Source of the DNA: Rhodospirillales bacterium
GTDB taxonomy: Bacteria > Pseudomonadota > Alphaproteobacteria > Rhodospirillales > 2-12-FULL-67-15
DNA: 64,000 nt
Assembly (NCBI GenBank): GCA_016872535.1
Contig: VGZQ01000002.1
Location: 9,514 to 73,513, forward strand
Direction of reading: 5' to 3'
Below are positions 48,465 to 60,582 of this stretch, in pieces. The translations under genes and the position numbers were made by a program. How positions within the stretch are numbered: position 1 is the stretch's first letter; each line of letters opens with the position of its first letter. The notes under the pieces are model-generated. The model made no database searches and had not been told where the DNA came from. It saw nothing but the letters and a program-made list of their open reading frames with translations.

Positions 48465-51044
48465 TCAACGCCGCCGGGGGCGCGCTTTGTCGCGGGCGCT
48501 TTTGTCGAGGAACGCCTCGAGCACCGCGAAGGGAGAATCCCGGTCCCGAGTCCGATGCCGTCCGCGCGACGGCGGAAGGGTTTCCCGCGCCCGGCGCCGG
48601 CGGCGGGGTTGCCACAACGTCTTCTCGCCCTGCCCGACCGGCTCGAAGCCGAGCGCGCCGAGTACGGCGGCGATCTCGCGCGGGCCGCAACCGGGAAGCT
48701 CGGGCCAATCGGACGGCGGCGCGAACGGACCCTGTTTCGCCAGCGACCACGCGCGCGCCGCCGCCCGTTCGAGCGCGTCCGCGCGGACGGCGATCGGTCC
48801 CAAGACGCGGAACCCGACCGCTTCGAGGAAATCGGGCGGCGCGGAGGATGCGTCTTCGCGCCGCAGCCACGTCCGGCCGGGCAACGGCGCGGATGGCGGC
48901 ATGGGCGACGAAACGGCCTGGCCCTTCGCGGCGGCCCACAGGCGGGCGCGCAGGTCGATGGCCGCCGGCTTGAGCAGCGCCGGCATGAAAACGCTTTCGC
49001 GTCCGATGACGATTCCGCGCCGCGCCAGCCAGCGGCGCTCGTCGCGGGTCAACACCGCGATCTGCGCCTCGGCGAGCCCGCGCGGCATCGTGCCGAACCC
49101 TTCGGCGAGCCGAAACACGAGGCCGCGCAACGCGCCGCCCGACGCCGCCTCGTGCGCGGCGAACAACGGCGCGAAAACCCGTTGCGCCGCGCCCTTGGCC
49201 CAGTCGACCAGGCGGCGCCGGATGCGCTCGCGCTCGCCGCCTTCGAGCAGCTCGCTCGCGATCACCGCGATCTGCGGCGCGTAGGGGCCGGCGCCGGGCG
49301 CGAGGCGGGCGACGTCGGCGCCGCGCCAGAGGACGCCGCCGCCCGCGCCGAAGGCGAAGGCGTCGTCGTCGGACTGCTCGAGCGCGCGCACGCGCGCGGC
49401 CGCCTCGCCGCGCAACGCCCGCGTCACCGCGGACGCGATCGCCCGTTCCGCGCCGCCCGGCCGCGAATCCGCCGCCGCGCCGGATTCGGCGACGAACCGG
49501 AAACCTTCGAGCCGTCCGACCGCTTCGCCTTCGACCGTCACGCGGCCGTCGCGCGCGACCGCCGCGATGAAGGCGCGGCTGTCCCGGAGCCGGCTCACCA
49601 GCAACGCGGCGCGCCGATCCACGAACCGTTGGGTCAGCCGCTCGTGCAGCGCGTCGGAAAGCCGGTCCTCGACCAGGCGCGCGCGGTCCCGCCAATGGAC
49701 CGGATCGGCGAGCCAGCCGGCCTGGTAGGCGACATAGGTCCACGTCCGGATGTTGGCGATGCGCTGGATCAGCGTTTCCATGTCGCCGTCGGTGCGGTCG
49801 ATGCGGGCGATCTGGTCGGCGACCCAGTCGGCGGGCAACCGTTCTTCCGGTCCAACCAGATGGAGGAACAAGCGTTTCAAAAAACGCGCGTGCGCCTCGC
49901 TCATCACCTTGCGGAAATCCGGCACCTGGCAGACCGCCCACAGCAGCCGCACGCGATCCTCGGCATCGGCGGCGCGCACGATGTCGGGGTCCTTGCCGAG
50001 GACGGCGAAGGCGAGCTCGTCCTGCGCTTCGCGCGCGCGGCGCAGGCCGGACAACGGGGGCGGCAAGGTCAATCCGCGTTGCAATCCGGCGAGCGAGCCG
50101 AAATCGAGGTCCGGATTGCGCCAATAGAGGAACTCCAGGGGATCGAAGCGGTGATTTTCGATCCGCTCGACCATTTCCCCGTCGAGCGGGCCGACGTCGG
50201 CGGTCGTGCCGAACGTGCCGTCGTTCATGTGGCGGCCGGCCCGCCCGGCGGTTTGGGCCAACTCGGCGGCGCCGAGGGTGCGCCAACCGCGGCCGTCGAA
50301 CTTGCGCAACCCCGCGAACGCGACATGGTCGATATCCATGTTGAGGCCCATGCCGATCGCGTCGGTCGCGACCAGGTAGTCGACGTCGCCGGCCTGATAC
50401 ATGGCGACCTGCGCGTTGCGGGTTCGCGGGCTGAGCGCCCCGAGCACGACCGCCGCCCCGCCCCGGGTGCGCCGCACCAGTTCGGCGATGGCGTAGACCT
50501 CGGCGGCGGAGAACGCCACCACCGCGCTGCGCGGGGCCAAGCGCGCGATCTTGCGGCTGCCGGTGTAGGCGAGCGTCGAAAAACGCCGGCGCGGCGCCAC
50601 CTCGGCCCGCGGCGCCAGCCGGCGCAGCAACGGGCGGATCGTTTCCGCGCCCATGACCATGGTTTCCGAGATCCCGCGCGCGTGCAGCAGGCGATCGGTG
50701 AAGACATGGCCGCGGTCGGGATCGGCGCACATCTGGATTTCGTCGACGGCAAGAAAATCGAACGGCCGGTCGAGCGGCATCGATTCGACGGTGCAGACGA
50801 AATAGCGCGCCCCCGGCGGCACGATCTTTTCCTCGCCGGTGACCAGGGCGACTTGCGCCTTGCCCTTGAGCGCCACCGCGCGGTCGTAGTTCTCGCGCGC
50901 GAGCAGGCGGAGCGGAAAACCGATGACCCCGGTCGGATGGGCGAGCATCCGCTCGAGCGCAAGGTGGGTCTTGCCGGTGTTGGTCGGCCCCAACACCGCG
51001 GTGATCCGGCCCGCCTCGGGCCGCGCGCCGTCCGCGAACGCCAT
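48465..51044 (-). CDS. SUV3/MgpS-like ATP-dependent helicase
   Basis: LGPTNTGKT, PLRLLARE, VDEIQ, ATDAIGMGLN, QTAGRAGR, DALHERLTQRFVDRR. Confidence 0.93.
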   Translation of the reverse strand: MAFADGARPEAGRITAVLGPTNTGKTHLALERMLAHPTGVIGFPLRLLARENYDRAVALKGKAQVALVTGEEKIVPPGARYFVCTVESMPLDRPFDFLAVDEIQMCADPDRGHVFTDRLLHARGISETMVMGAETIRPLLRRLAPRAEVAPRRRFSTLAYTGSRKIARLAPRSAVVAFSAAEVYAIAELVRRTRGGAAVVLGALSPRTRNAQVAMYQAGDVDYLVATDAIGMGLNMDIDHVAFAGLRKFDGRGWRTLGAAELAQTAGRAGRHMNDGTFGTTADVGPLDGEMVERIENHRFDPLEFLYWRNPDLDFGSLAGLQRGLTLPPPLSGLRRAREAQDELAFAVLGKDPDIVRAADAEDRVRLLWAVCQVPDFRKVMSEAHARFLKRLFLHLVGPEERLPADWVADQIARIDRTDGDMETLIQRIANIRTWTYVAYQAGWLADPVHWRDRARLVEDRLSDALHERLTQRFVDRRAALLVSRLRDSRAFIAAVARDGRVTVEGEAVGRLEGFRFVAESGAAADSRPGGAERAIASAVTRALRGEAAARVRALEQSDDDAFAFGAGGGVLWRGADVARLAPGAGPYAPQIAVIASELLEGGERERIRRRLVDWAKGAAQRVFAPLFAAHEAASGGALRGLVFRLAEGFGTMPRGLAEAQIAVLTRDERRWLARRGIVIGRESVFMPALLKPAAIDLRARLWAAAKGQAVSSPMPPSAPLPGRTWLRREDASSAPPDFLEAVGFRVLGPIAVRADALERAAARAWSLAKQGPFAPPSDWPELPGCGPREIAAVLGALGFEPVGQGEKTLWQPRRRRRARETLPPSRGRHRTRDRDSPFAVLEAFLDKSARDKARPRRR

Positions 51045-51108
51045 GGGCGAACCATCCGGTTTCGGGCGTACGATGACAAGGGGACAAGAGACCTCGGCCG
51101 GAACGGTA

Positions 51109-51163
51109 TTGACGACGGGAATGGGGCCGGTTAAATAATATCGACTCGATATTATTTAACCGG
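51109..51163 (+). promoter_or_regulatory. Promoter overlapped by a 37-bp palindrome (candidate operator)
   Basis: TTGACG(51109)-N17-TAAATA(51132); CCGGTTAAATAATATCGA-C-TCGATATTATTTAACCGG at 51127-51163. Confidence 0.8.
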
Positions 51164-51173
51164 AGGCTCCCTC

Positions 51174-51662
51174 ATGACCATCACCACCCGATTCGCCAGC
51201 CGTTTGGCGGTTGTCGCCGCTCTTGCCGTCGCCGGCGCGGCCGCCGCCGAATCCCCCGTTCCCTATCCCGACGGCTACCGCGCTTGGCGCCATATCAAGT
51301 CCATGGTCATCCTGCCCGGCCATCCGCTCGCCGACCCGTTCGCCGGCGTCCATCACGTCTATGGCAACGACAAGGCGCTCCAGGGCCTTGCCGGCGGCGC
51401 ATACGCCGACGGTGCCGTGTTCGTGTTCGATCTGCTCGAAGGCGGGGTCAAGGACAACGCCGTGGTCGAAGGCCCGCGCAAGCTGATCGGCGTCATGCAT
51501 CGCAACGCCAAGGCCTATGCCGCGACCGGCGGCTGGGGCTTCGAGGGATTCGCCGGGGACGCGCGCGACAAGCGCTTGGCATCGGACGGCGGCAAGTCGT
51601 GCTTCGCCTGCCACGAACAGCAGAAGGCGAAGGCGTTCGTGTTTACCGAAAACCGGAAATAA
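51174..51662 (+). CDS. Cytochrome P460 / c'-beta family periplasmic heme protein
   Basis: Signal peptide; YPDGYRAW.H, GVHHVYGN, DGAVFVFDL, GGWGFEGF, C-terminal CFACH heme motif. Confidence 0.88.
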   Translation: MTITTRFASRLAVVAALAVAGAAAAESPVPYPDGYRAWRHIKSMVILPGHPLADPFAGVHHVYGNDKALQGLAGGAYADGAVFVFDLLEGGVKDNAVVEGPRKLIGVMHRNAKAYAATGGWGFEGFAGDARDKRLASDGGKSCFACHEQQKAKAFVFTENRK

Positions 51663-51750
51663 GTTGCGATTGATTTCCGCTTTTCTCCTCCATGAGGTAA
51701 CGTTAATGTAAACGGAGACGACGCCAATATAAGTTCCCAGGAAACCGACG

Positions 51751-52344
51751 GTGTCCCAGCAAGCCGCATCACCGGCCGCGCATCGAATCGCCGCGTTGAT
51801 CGAACGCCTGTCCCGGCTCGGGCGCATGGAGCGGTTTCGCCGCGGCCTTAACCCCGCGCAATGTGACGCGCTCAATTACATTGCCGTCGCCAACCGCTAT
51901 TCGCGCAACCCGAGCGCGTTGGCCGATTTTCTCGGCTCGACGCGGGGTACCGTGTCGCAAACCCTGATTGCCCTCGAGCGCAAGGGGCTGATCGCGCGGC
52001 GTTCGGATGCCCGCGATGGGCGCGGCGTGACCCTCGAACTGACCCGCGCCGGACGGGCTCGACTCGAGAACGGGGATCAGTGTCCGGTCGACCGGGCCGC
52101 GCGCGCGCTCGCCGGCGCCGATCAGGCCGAACTCGCGGACCTGCTGGCCGCGATGCTGGGCCAGGCGCAACGGCAAAACAACTTCCGCACGTTCGGCATG
52201 TGCCGAACCTGCGTTCACTTCCGGCGCAACGGCGCGGACGGCGCCGAAGGCGGTCCGCATTTGTGCGGCTTGACCCGCGAACCCTTGAGCGATTCCGACT
52301 CGTTGCTGATCTGCCGCGAACACATTCCGCCGCAAGCGGCATAG
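51751..52344 (+). CDS. MarR family regulator with Cys-rich C-terminal extension
   Basis: LNPAQ..ALNY...NRYSRNPSALADFLGSTRGTVSQT..LERKGL..R..D.RDGR...L.LT..G; tail CRTC...CGLT...ICREH. Confidence 0.9.
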   Translation: MSQQAASPAAHRIAALIERLSRLGRMERFRRGLNPAQCDALNYIAVANRYSRNPSALADFLGSTRGTVSQTLIALERKGLIARRSDARDGRGVTLELTRAGRARLENGDQCPVDRAARALAGADQAELADLLAAMLGQAQRQNNFRTFGMCRTCVHFRRNGADGAEGGPHLCGLTREPLSDSDSLLICREHIPPQAA

Positions 52345-52349
52345 GTTTC

Positions 52350-53141
52350 TTACCGCCCGAGGTGGCGGCGTTCGTCCTCGCTCTTGTCCCGGATCATCGG
52401 CACGAAGGCGACCGGCAGCTTGTTTTCGCACGCGAGCTTGCCGTTATCGCCCTTGACGCATCGCTGCAACGATTGCGGCTCCCATTGCCGGCCGAGCGGA
52501 ATCACCAACCGGCCGCCCGGCTTGAGTTGTTCGACCAGGGTTTCGGGGATCCGCTCCGGCGCGGCGGTGACGATGATGGCGTCGAACGGCGCCGCCTCGG
52601 GCCAGCCCTTGAAGCCGTCCCCGATCCGCACCTGGACGTTGCCGTATCCCAGGTCCTCCAGCCGCCGCTCGGCGGCGCGGCCCAACGCCTCCACGATTTC
52701 GACGGTGTAGACCTCGCGCGCCAGTTCCGCCAACACCGCCGCCTGATAACCGGAGCCGGCGCCGATTTCCAGCACCCGGTCGGCCGGATCGAGATCGAGC
52801 AGCTCGGTCATCAGCGCGACGATGAACGGCTGCGAGATGGTCTGCCCGTGCCCGATCGGACGCGGCCGGTTGAGGTAGGCGTAAGGCGCTTCCGCCTCCG
52901 GCACGAAGCGGTGCCGCTCGACCTTGGCCATCGCCGCCCACACGCGCGGCGACAGATCGCGTCGGCCGGTCCAGGACGCGGTCTCGGCGGTATCCGCCCG
53001 GATCGCCTCCAGCATCGCCTGATGTTGCTTGGTCATCGGATGGGCCCCGGGGGCGCCGGCCGGGTCGTTTTGTCCGCGCGCCGGCATAACGGCCGATGCC
53101 GCCAGCGCCACGCCGACGAGTGTCGCACGGATCGTATTCAT
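52350..53141 (-). CDS. pcm: Protein-L-isoaspartate O-methyltransferase
   Basis: VERHRFVP, IGHGQTISQP, VLEIGAGSGYQAA, GDGFKGWPEAAPFDAIIVTAA, LKPGGRLVIP, FVPM. Confidence 0.93.
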   Translation of the reverse strand: MNTIRATLVGVALAASAVMPARGQNDPAGAPGAHPMTKQHQAMLEAIRADTAETASWTGRRDLSPRVWAAMAKVERHRFVPEAEAPYAYLNRPRPIGHGQTISQPFIVALMTELLDLDPADRVLEIGAGSGYQAAVLAELAREVYTVEIVEALGRAAERRLEDLGYGNVQVRIGDGFKGWPEAAPFDAIIVTAAPERIPETLVEQLKPGGRLVIPLGRQWEPQSLQRCVKGDNGKLACENKLPVAFVPMIRDKSEDERRHLGR

Positions 53142-53211
53142 CGGAAACGGGATAGCCCGGAAAGCGCCGCAGGGCCCGGGCCCCGATTATCCCCGGAAAT
53201 GCGGCCGGCCG

Positions 53212-53958
53212 CTAGCGGTTCGACGCCAGACGCGCCGCGCCGAGGATGCGTCCCGTCGCCTGCGACTGGACGAGGACGGCGATCCCGCGACCGCCGGCCG
53301 CGTCGGCCACCGCGTCCGGCACGCGCTGGGCGACCGCGTCGCCGTTCCAGTTGCCGATCAGATCGAACCGGCGCACGACGTTGCGGTTGACGATCGTCCG
53401 GCCCTTGTTTTCGCCGCGCGCGACCGCCGTCTGGTGGCGTTCGTCGAACGCGACGAGCCAGATGGACGCGTCCTCGGCCGCGACGCCCGATGCGCCCGCC
53501 GCCCCGACCCGAACGGCGAGTCCGCCGGCCTCCCGCGCCAGCGCGATGTCGAGACTCGGCAACGCCCGGGCGCTTTTGATCCGCTCCGCCACTTCGCCCC
53601 GCTTCGATCCCACCGTCTGATAGGCGCCGTGGATGACCATCTGCGGCGTGTACACGTAGCGGATGTTGAAATGTTTCTGATACTGGCGCTGCCGCTCCGT
53701 ATAGGCCGGGTCGGCGAACGGGTCCTTCCAGCCGATGTAATCCCAATAATCGACGTGCAACGACAGCGCCAGCAGATCGCTCCGTTCGGCGAGCTGGCCG
53801 AGGTATTCGTCGGCGGGCGGGCAGGAGGAGCACCCTTGCGACGTGAACAACTCGACGACCGTCAGCCGCTCGCCGCCGCGCGCATCGGCGGAAACGAACG
53901 CGGCGATCAGCGCCAACGTCGCCATCCAAGCCGCGCGAAAGGACTGTCCGTGAACCAC
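53212..53958 (-). CDS. DUF1223 thioredoxin-like exported protein
   Basis: VVELFTSQGCSSCPPAD, LHVDYWDYIGWKD, YTPQMVI, RGENKGR. Confidence 0.93.
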   Translation of the reverse strand: MVHGQSFRAAWMATLALIAAFVSADARGGERLTVVELFTSQGCSSCPPADEYLGQLAERSDLLALSLHVDYWDYIGWKDPFADPAYTERQRQYQKHFNIRYVYTPQMVIHGAYQTVGSKRGEVAERIKSARALPSLDIALAREAGGLAVRVGAAGASGVAAEDASIWLVAFDERHQTAVARGENKGRTIVNRNVVRRFDLIGNWNGDAVAQRVPDAVADAAGGRGIAVLVQSQATGRILGAARLASNR

Positions 53959-54017
53959 GCCGAAATCCTAGTTGGCCGCCGGTCGCCGGGCGAATCACGA
54001 CGCGGTGAGAACGGCCC

Positions 54018-56702
<2,685 letters not shown>

Positions 56703-56911
56703 GGATGTCTCCTTGGCGTCGGGTCGGGCGCGCGGCAGGGCGCCCGCGGTTCCCATCGGATCGGGGCTCTTTATATCATACGGTCCCGGGAATGCGCGCC
56801 CCCCGCCCGCGATCCGGGGGACTTGAGTGCCCCAATCTTCTGGGTTTTACTAGGCGAACGAATACGAGGCGCCGTCTATAAAATAATGCGCCCCTGGGAG
56901 AGCCGAGCGTC

Positions 56912-58876
56912 ATGACCGTGCCCGCCGACGTGCCCGCGGCCGATCTCGACACCTTGCCCAAATGGCTGCTGGAAAACGCCCGGCGCCGCGGCGACCGCCC
57001 GGCCTTTCGCGAGAAGGACTATGGCATCTGGCAGCAGCGGACCTGGGCCGAGGCGGCGGACGAAGTCCGCGATTTCGCCTGCGGCTTGGCCGCGCTCGGC
57101 CTCAAGCCGGGCGACAAGATCACCACCGTCGGCGACAACCGCCCGAGACTCTACTGGGCGGTGGTCGCCGCGCAGGCGGTCGGCGGCATTCCGGTGCCGG
57201 TCTATCAGGATTCGGTCGCGGCCGAGATGGGCAAGGTGCTCATCCACGCCGGGGTCCGTTTCGCCGTCGCCGAAAACCAGGAGCAGGTGGACAAGCTGAT
57301 CGACATCAAGGCCACCTGCCCGAGCCTCGAATTGATCGTCTACAGCGACCCGCGCGGCCTCAAGCATTACCCGCAGGCCTACCTCAAGTCCTACGACGAG
57401 GTGCAGGAAATGGGGCGCGCCTTCGCCAAGGCCAACCCGACTTTCTTCGCCGACGGCGTCGCCAAGGGCCGCGGCGGCGACATCGCATTGATCGCCTACA
57501 CCTCGGGCACCACCGGCCAGTCGAAGGGCGTGGTGCTGACGTTCGCCAACCTGATCGAAACCGCGCTCAGCGCCGCGCGCATGGACAAGCTCGGCGACGA
57601 CGAGGAGATGCTCTCCTACCTGCCGATGGCCTGGATCGGCGACATCATCTTCTCGCTCGGGCAAAGCTACGTCTGCGGCTTCTGCATCAGTTGCCCGGAA
57701 AGCGCCGCGACCGTGCTTACCGACATGCGCGAAATCGGGCCGACCTACTTTTTCGCGCCGCCCCGCATCTTCGAGAGCATCCTGACCACGGTGATGATCC
57801 GCATCGAGGACGCGAGCGCGATCAAGCGCGCGATTTTCCATTATTTCATGGACGTCGCCCGCCGCGTCGGCGCCGACGTTCTCGACCGCAAGCCGGTGCC
57901 GTTGTGGGACCGGTTGAACTACGCGCTCGGCGAAATCCTGGTCTACGGTCCGCTGCGCAACGTGCTCGGCTTTTCCCGCATCCGGCTCGCCTACACGGCG
58001 GGCGAGGCGATCGGGCCGGACATCTTCCGCTTCTACCGTTCGCTCGGCGTCAACATCAAACAGCTTTACGGCTCGACCGAGGCCTCGGTGTTCGTCACCG
58101 TCCAGCCCGACGGCCGCATCAAGCCCGAATCGGTCGGCGTGCCGGTGCCGGGCGTCGAACTGCGCATCGCCGAGTCGGGCGAGGTGCTGTTCCGCAGCCC
58201 GGGCGTGTTCCATTCGTATTACAAGAACGAGGACGCGACCCGCGCGACCAAGACGCCCGACGGCTGGGTGCTGACGGGCGACGCCGGCTTTCTCGACGAC
58301 GACGGGCAGTTGCACATCATCGACCGGGCCAAGGACGTGGGCCGGATGAAGGCGGGCGGCCTGTTCGCGCCCAAGTACATCGAGAACAAGCTCAAGTTCT
58401 TCCCCTACATCAAGGAAGCGGTCACGTTCGGCGACGGCCGCGATTACGTCGCCGCGTTCATCAACATCGACCTGGCGGCGGTCGGCAACTGGGCGGAACG
58501 GCGCGGCCTCGCCTATTCCGGCTACGCCGACCTCGCCCAGCAGCCGGCGGTGCTCGAACTGCTCGACGACTGCGTGCGCAAGGTGAACGCCGACCTCGCG
58601 GCCGAAACCCGCCTCGCCGGGTCGCAGATCCGGCGCTATCTGGTGCTGCACAAGGAGCTCGACGCCGACGACGGCGAATTGACCCGCACGCGCAAGGTGC
58701 GCCGCGGCTTCATCGCCGAAAAGTACGCGCCGCTGGTGGACGCCCTCTATTCGAACCGCGACCGCTGTTCGGTCGAGGCCGAAGTCACCTTCGAGGACGG
58801 CCGCAAGGGCAAGATCAGCGCCGAGCTGACGATCCGCGACGTGCCGACGGTCGAACCGTTGCGCAAGGCCGGGTGA
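56912..58876 (+). CDS. AMP-binding long-chain acyl-CoA synthetase-like protein
   Basis: YTSGTTGQSKGV, SYLPMAW, YGSTE, TGDAG, IIDRAKD, ELTRTRKVRR. Confidence 0.93.
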   Translation: MTVPADVPAADLDTLPKWLLENARRRGDRPAFREKDYGIWQQRTWAEAADEVRDFACGLAALGLKPGDKITTVGDNRPRLYWAVVAAQAVGGIPVPVYQDSVAAEMGKVLIHAGVRFAVAENQEQVDKLIDIKATCPSLELIVYSDPRGLKHYPQAYLKSYDEVQEMGRAFAKANPTFFADGVAKGRGGDIALIAYTSGTTGQSKGVVLTFANLIETALSAARMDKLGDDEEMLSYLPMAWIGDIIFSLGQSYVCGFCISCPESAATVLTDMREIGPTYFFAPPRIFESILTTVMIRIEDASAIKRAIFHYFMDVARRVGADVLDRKPVPLWDRLNYALGEILVYGPLRNVLGFSRIRLAYTAGEAIGPDIFRFYRSLGVNIKQLYGSTEASVFVTVQPDGRIKPESVGVPVPGVELRIAESGEVLFRSPGVFHSYYKNEDATRATKTPDGWVLTGDAGFLDDDGQLHIIDRAKDVGRMKAGGLFAPKYIENKLKFFPYIKEAVTFGDGRDYVAAFINIDLAAVGNWAERRGLAYSGYADLAQQPAVLELLDDCVRKVNADLAAETRLAGSQIRRYLVLHKELDADDGELTRTRKVRRGFIAEKYAPLVDALYSNRDRCSVEAEVTFEDGRKGKISAELTIRDVPTVEPLRKAG

Positions 58877-58881
58877 GCGCG

Positions 58882-59670
58882 ATGGAACGCCTGAGCAGGA
58901 TCGGCGACGCGGTTCTGACGCTGGACAACATCAGCCTCGCGTTCGGCGGCGTCAAGGCGCTGACCGACGTGAGCTTCGCGGTGCGCGCGCACGAGATTCT
59001 CGCCATCATCGGGCCCAACGGCGCGGGCAAAAGCTCGATGCTCAACGTCATCAACGGCTTTTATCATCCGCAGCAGGGCACCATCACCTTCGAGGGCAGG
59101 CCCCGCAAGCGGATGGAGCCGCACGAGGCCGCCACCCACGGCATCGCCCGCACCTTCCAGAACATCGCGCTGTTCAAGGGCATGAGCACGCTCGACAACA
59201 TCATGACCGGGCGCAACACCAAGATGAAACGGAACCTGCTCTGGCAGGCGCTCTACTACGGGCCCGCCCTCCAGGAGGAGGTCGAGCACCGCGCCGTGTG
59301 CGAGAAGATCATCGACTTCCTCGAAATCGAATCGATCCGCAAGACGCCCGTGGGCAAGCTCCCCTACGGCTTGCAGAAGCGGGTCGAATTGGGCCGCGCG
59401 CTCGCCGCCGAGCCGACCCTTCTCCTGCTCGACGAGCCGATGGCCGGCATGAACCTCGAGGAAAAGCAGGACATGTGCCGCTTCATCCTCGACGTCAACG
59501 ACGAATTCGGCACCACCATCGTCCTGATCGAGCACGACATGGGCGTGGTGATGGACATTTCCGACCGGGTGGTGGTGCTCGACTACGGCCGCAAGATCGC
59601 CGAAGGCACCCCCGACCAGGTGCGCGCCAACCAGGACGTGATCGACGCCTACCTCGGCGTTTCCCACTGA
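58882..59670 (+). CDS. ABC transporter ATP-binding protein (LivG-like)
   Basis: GPNGAGKS, RTFQN, LPYGLQKRVELGRAL, LLLDEP, IEHDM. Confidence 0.95.
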   Translation: MERLSRIGDAVLTLDNISLAFGGVKALTDVSFAVRAHEILAIIGPNGAGKSSMLNVINGFYHPQQGTITFEGRPRKRMEPHEAATHGIARTFQNIALFKGMSTLDNIMTGRNTKMKRNLLWQALYYGPALQEEVEHRAVCEKIIDFLEIESIRKTPVGKLPYGLQKRVELGRALAAEPTLLLLDEPMAGMNLEEKQDMCRFILDVNDEFGTTIVLIEHDMGVVMDISDRVVVLDYGRKIAEGTPDQVRANQDVIDAYLGVSH

Positions 59671-59691
59671 GGACCGCAACGGACATCGGCC

Positions 59692-60579
59692 ATGGACATC
59701 CTGTTTTTCTTCGAGGTTCTGATCGGCGGCCTTCTCTCCGGCACCATGTATTCGCTGGTGGCGCTCGGGTTCGTCCTGATCTTCAAGGCCTCCGGCGTGT
59801 TCAACTTCGCGCAAGGCACCATGGTCCTGTTCGCGGCGTTGACCTTCGTGCGCCTGGTCGAAATGGGCTGGAACTTCTGGCTCGCCATCGCCGCCACTTT
59901 CGCCGCCATGGTCGCGCTGGCGTTCGCGGTCGAGCGGTTCGTGCTCCGCCCGATGATCAATCAGCCGCTCATCATCCTGTTCATGGCGACCATCGGCATC
60001 ACCTTCTTCCTCGAGGGCTTCACCCAGACGGTCTGGGACAGCGACGTGCACCGGCTCGACCTCGGCATCAAGGACACGCCGTGGGAAATCAAGGGCATGC
60101 TGATCAGCCAGTTCGACGTGTTCGCCGCCGTCGCCGCCGGTTCCATGGTCGCGGCGCTGGCCGTTTTCTTCAACAAGACCCGGATCGGGCGCGCGCTGCG
60201 CGCGGTCGCCGACGACCACCAGGCGGCGATGTCGGTCGGCATTCCGCTGCAGCACATTTGGGTGGTGGTGTGGACCGCCGCCGGGGTGGTCGCCCTGGTC
60301 GCCGGGCTGTTGTGGGGCGCGCGGCTCGGCGTGCAGTTCTCGATCACCATCGTCGCCCTGAAGGCGCTGCCGGTGCTGATCCTCGGCGGCTTCACCTCGG
60401 TGCCGGGCGCGATCATCGGCGGCCTGATCATCGGCGCCGGCGAAAAGCTGGCCGAAGTCTACATCGGCCCGTTGGTCGGCGGCGCGATCGAGAACTGGTT
60501 CCCCTACATGCTCGCCATGGTCTTCCTGCTGTTCCGGCCGCAGGGATTGTTCGGCGAGAAGATCATCGAACGGGTGTGA
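59692..60579 (+). CDS. ABC transporter permease (LivH-like)
   Basis: YSLVALGFVLIFKASGVFNFAQG, GRALRAVADD, ILGGF.SVPGAIIGG. Confidence 0.94.
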   Translation: MDILFFFEVLIGGLLSGTMYSLVALGFVLIFKASGVFNFAQGTMVLFAALTFVRLVEMGWNFWLAIAATFAAMVALAFAVERFVLRPMINQPLIILFMATIGITFFLEGFTQTVWDSDVHRLDLGIKDTPWEIKGMLISQFDVFAAVAAGSMVAALAVFFNKTRIGRALRAVADDHQAAMSVGIPLQHIWVVVWTAAGVVALVAGLLWGARLGVQFSITIVALKALPVLILGGFTSVPGAIIGGLIIGAGEKLAEVYIGPLVGGAIENWFPYMLAMVFLLFRPQGLFGEKIIERV

Positions 60580-60582
60580 ACG

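Noticed and set aside
49464-49488. CGAATCCG-N9-CGGATTCG inverted repeat in the helicase
   Set aside because: GAATC is in the stem, not the loop, there is no 51-nt direct-repeat spacing, and the region is a variable linker; not counted as a family member.
48060-51134. Very long opposite-strand or off-frame ORFs in the track (e.g. 48060-51134 +, 54048-56915 +, 58747-61587 -, 1981-4071 +)
   Set aside because: They shadow well-supported genes, have no recognisable motifs, and are expected from stop-codon scarcity at this GC content.
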